64,000 nt of DNA. It comes from Tubulanus polymorphus (lineage: Eukaryota; Animalia; Nemertea). Location of the stretch: contig NC_134029.1 in assembly GCF_964204645.1 (NCBI RefSeq), positions 13,046,850-13,110,849 of the forward strand, written 5' to 3'. Below are positions 61,001 through 64,000 of this stretch, piece after piece. The position numbers and the translations under genes are program-made. Position 1 is the stretch's first letter. Each line of letters begins with the position of its first letter. The notes under the pieces are model-generated. The model worked only from the letters and a program-made list of their open reading frames with translations. It ran no database searches and was not told the DNA's origin.

Positions 61001-62555
61001 CAGAGTTACTACTACGCTTCTTGCAAGGAATGGCAAACGGACCGAAGTCAGAGTCTACAAAATCTCGTAACCAGTTCATCATATCCATTAATGAGGGTTG
61101 ACGCATTCGTCTTACATAATCATTCCACTTACTACGTTTTTCCATGGGTATTCTACGAGAAGCACGTTGAACAACTTCACTACTTCCCAATTCGTACCAA
61201 TAACCAAGACGATTCAAAGTAGTTACGCAATCCCTTACGGAGATATAGAACTCCCGCATGGCAAGTGGGTCATAAGGATTTGACTCCCATTGACTAAAGC
61301 GTCAATATGCGCCCGTGCTATATGAATTCTATGGCCCAACGCAAACTTAAGCTCCTTGAGACACTGAGCGTAATTAAGTGAACTAAAACTAAGGCCCTCA
61401 ATTTATCTCTTAGTTTCGCCCTTGACATTGATTCCAGGAGGAGAATGGACCTGTGAATGGAACTGTTCTATGTATTTTGGCCACATAATCGGTGAACCAT
61501 CAAATACGAGAATCTCAATTTTCGGCAAGTCTCTATCAACGATAAGCTTTGACATTCTGAATTCAAAACTTACTTTGGGTGCCGGTGGCAGGATCGTCTC
61601 TATGCCTCATCTATCTAGGCGTCGAATTCTACAGACTGCTGCAGTTGATCACGTGTATCCGCCCTGGCTTCCACAGACTGCCGCGGTTGAGAACTAGGTG
61701 AATCCGGATTAACTTCTGTAGGTAACTATGTCGGTGTAAACTCCCCTGCATTCGCATTCAGCGACGACGACGGTGATCTAAATACACAAGTTTTCTCTAA
61801 CAACTCCACAGCGTCAGTAACTCTCTGCTGATAATCATCAAGCCAAGCTTCTTCGACTTCCGCATCGACGTCCAATCCTGCGGCCAGCAAATACTGCGAA
61901 TTGGCTGACTACAAAGTTTCAAACTGCGATAAGATTCTACTTCACAGAATAGGTGCGGCTATAGCAGATGAGTCAGCAACCTTAGCTAGATTCCGAGTGA
62001 ACCAGCCAGCATAACTGGACCTTGATTTTTTCAGACTTACTACCGACGACATGTAATTGGCGGTAAATTTGAACTCTTTGTCCGAGGACGAATCCAAAAG
62101 CCAACGACGGAATACGCGGACAATTTTTACTGGTTTATTAGAATATAACCGTTAACTGCAATAATAATTACAAACATTAAGGTTTACAGAATATTGTTGT
62201 GATTATCAAAAATCAATTAAATTGGACGGAAACAGAGGAAAACCAACCAACTTACATTTTACTCCGCTTCTTCGCGTAACGCAACACTGCAGTGACCAAA
62301 ACTCACGCAGTCACAAACCCAACTGAACAGAAATGCACGTACATAATATTAAACCCGCAAATAATCAAATCGTGCAATCAAAAACACAGCAGCGAAAAGA
62401 AACATAATAATACCAAAGCTCTGAAGCAACCAACAAACCCAACGGTCCAAAACACTGGGGACGGAACAATGGCTGCGGCGCAAAGGACTGTGGGTGAACT
62501 TAAGTCTCGGCAATGTTTGCGTTCGAATCCCACACAAGATTTTTATCGCGTGACA
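58021..62555 (-). mobile_element. BEL/Pao LTR retrotransposon: 5' LTR (~62555-62131) plus decayed gag-pol (ATG at 62052), 3'-truncated within the integrase
   Basis: Gag zinc knuckles (CSFC..H..C, CINC..GH, CGKKHHSTLH), protease [30 protein letters not shown], RNase H FSDASERGY/WSDS/NPAD, PLMADLP at the break. Confidence 0.92.
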
Positions 62556-64000
62556 TAGAAATGGTAATTTTGTCTATTAAAGCAATTATATTTTGCTCCC
62601 TGAATTATCGGGATATTTAAAGGTTAACTGCCCTCTAATTCGTACTTTTAGAGAGTTACTTTCCAAATGATACTTTAGTATATAAATGACGACCTGGGGT
62701 CAGCCTAATAGAAAAAAACATCACTTATTTGTCTTAAATTAGTAAGATTAAATAACCGGATCATTTACCTATATATCGTATGCACCTCGGCTGCAGCCGC
62801 GTGTCAGTGCTACATTCACGCGTCATCTTTTTTGCCAAACAAACATACACGTGTGTGAACTCAGTACTGTTATGAAATCCATAAAACAACATCATTCCTT
62901 CACTATATTAACAGCTCTACTGCTGGCTATCCATCGAATGTTTGTTGTGTTGTGTATAACAGTTGAGTATCAACGCTATAAATCAGAAAGAATTTAGGAA
63001 CAATTCGAAAAGCTTTAATACGCTACGAACGGTGATTATGCGGTTCACGATTAGAGACTGGAAACTGTGGATCATTTCAGACGTACACTGCTAATTTCAC
63101 CACGGATTGTTTTAAAATATATCTAATAAAGCTAAGTTCATTGTTTTGAACCAAATCTATTAGTTTGCCATAGCTTTGCTATTCATAAGCGCACCAAAAG
63201 TTTGTTATTCTTTACTCGTACAACGTGCGTAGAAATGTTTGTTTGACTACAATGACGTCAGCGATCGTGGGTTTTTCACAGTAAACGTGCACCTGCTGTG
63301 TACGGCAAACTGGTGAAAATAGCCGACTCTGAGTCTTATTTCTCAGTAACGGCTTGACTAAAATCAAAATTAGTAACACACTTATCATTTATACACATAT
63401 CACATTTAGAAAATAGGTTTTACACAATATTATATTTAGAGGGCACTTGGCCTTTACTCACCTGATGCCTCTACATTTGTAGGCAGGTCTGCTCATTTAA
63501 AGTTTATGGTAGATTTAACTTGATCTAAAAAAAACATGTCGAAAGCGTAGTCCAGATTGTTTTTAAAGTACAAAAATCTATTGATTTTTTTCAAAATAGA
63601 AAATGGCTAGATATTCATTCAAGAGAGCTAGCCTAATTCGGGTGTAGATGAATACAATAAAGAAGTTTCCAGTTTCTAGGCGCCATTTTGTGGCGGTCCC
63701 TCGAGGTCCCCATTGTTGCGATAATTTGCGCTCATTTTTAAAACATAAGTTTAGATTGAATATCACATAGTTCTGCAGTCCCTTGCTCGATGAACTTAAT
63801 TTATACACCATTTTAAAGGAAATGAAATGCAGATATTTGTTGGCGATTCTTGGAATTTTTGAATGCAACAATTGAGAACAGTGACGATGTGAAACCAAGG
63901 ACCGCATATCTTAACCGCGCGTAAAAGAAATCGCAATATTTATTGATTTTGAAATATGTAAGTATATCTTGAAGCTATATTTCCAATTTTCACAGAGGTT

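Noticed and set aside
62560-64000. ORF 63578-63907 and surrounding sequence
   Set aside because: No recognisable motif, repeat structure or splice-supported exon.

Overview
Repeat-saturated, AT-rich animal (probably invertebrate) genomic DNA. Almost all of it is nested mobile elements. The left part holds an apparently intact EnSpm/CACTA-type DNA transposon (transposase plus a six-exon DUF4806-like gene), followed by split Sola1-type transposase exons. At least five decayed Polinton/adintovirus-like viral segments encode protein-primed PolB, penton, a gasderminX-like protein, hexon, integrase and an NCLDV-type HNH nuclease. There are also two tandem Helentron-associated (HINE-like) elements carrying a 31-bp satellite, BEL/Pao retrotransposons, LINE and SINE fragments and several MITEs. 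The only host gene recognised is three exons of an otopetrin-like proton channel. The standout observation is a full-size (~343 codon) LAGLIDADG intein, resembling giant-virus PolB inteins, inserted at the D|TDS polymerase motif of one Polinton PolB copy (48900-49930, minus strand). An intein-free allele of the same gene lies at ~18000. All family assignments come from manual translation and motif recall; no database searches were run.
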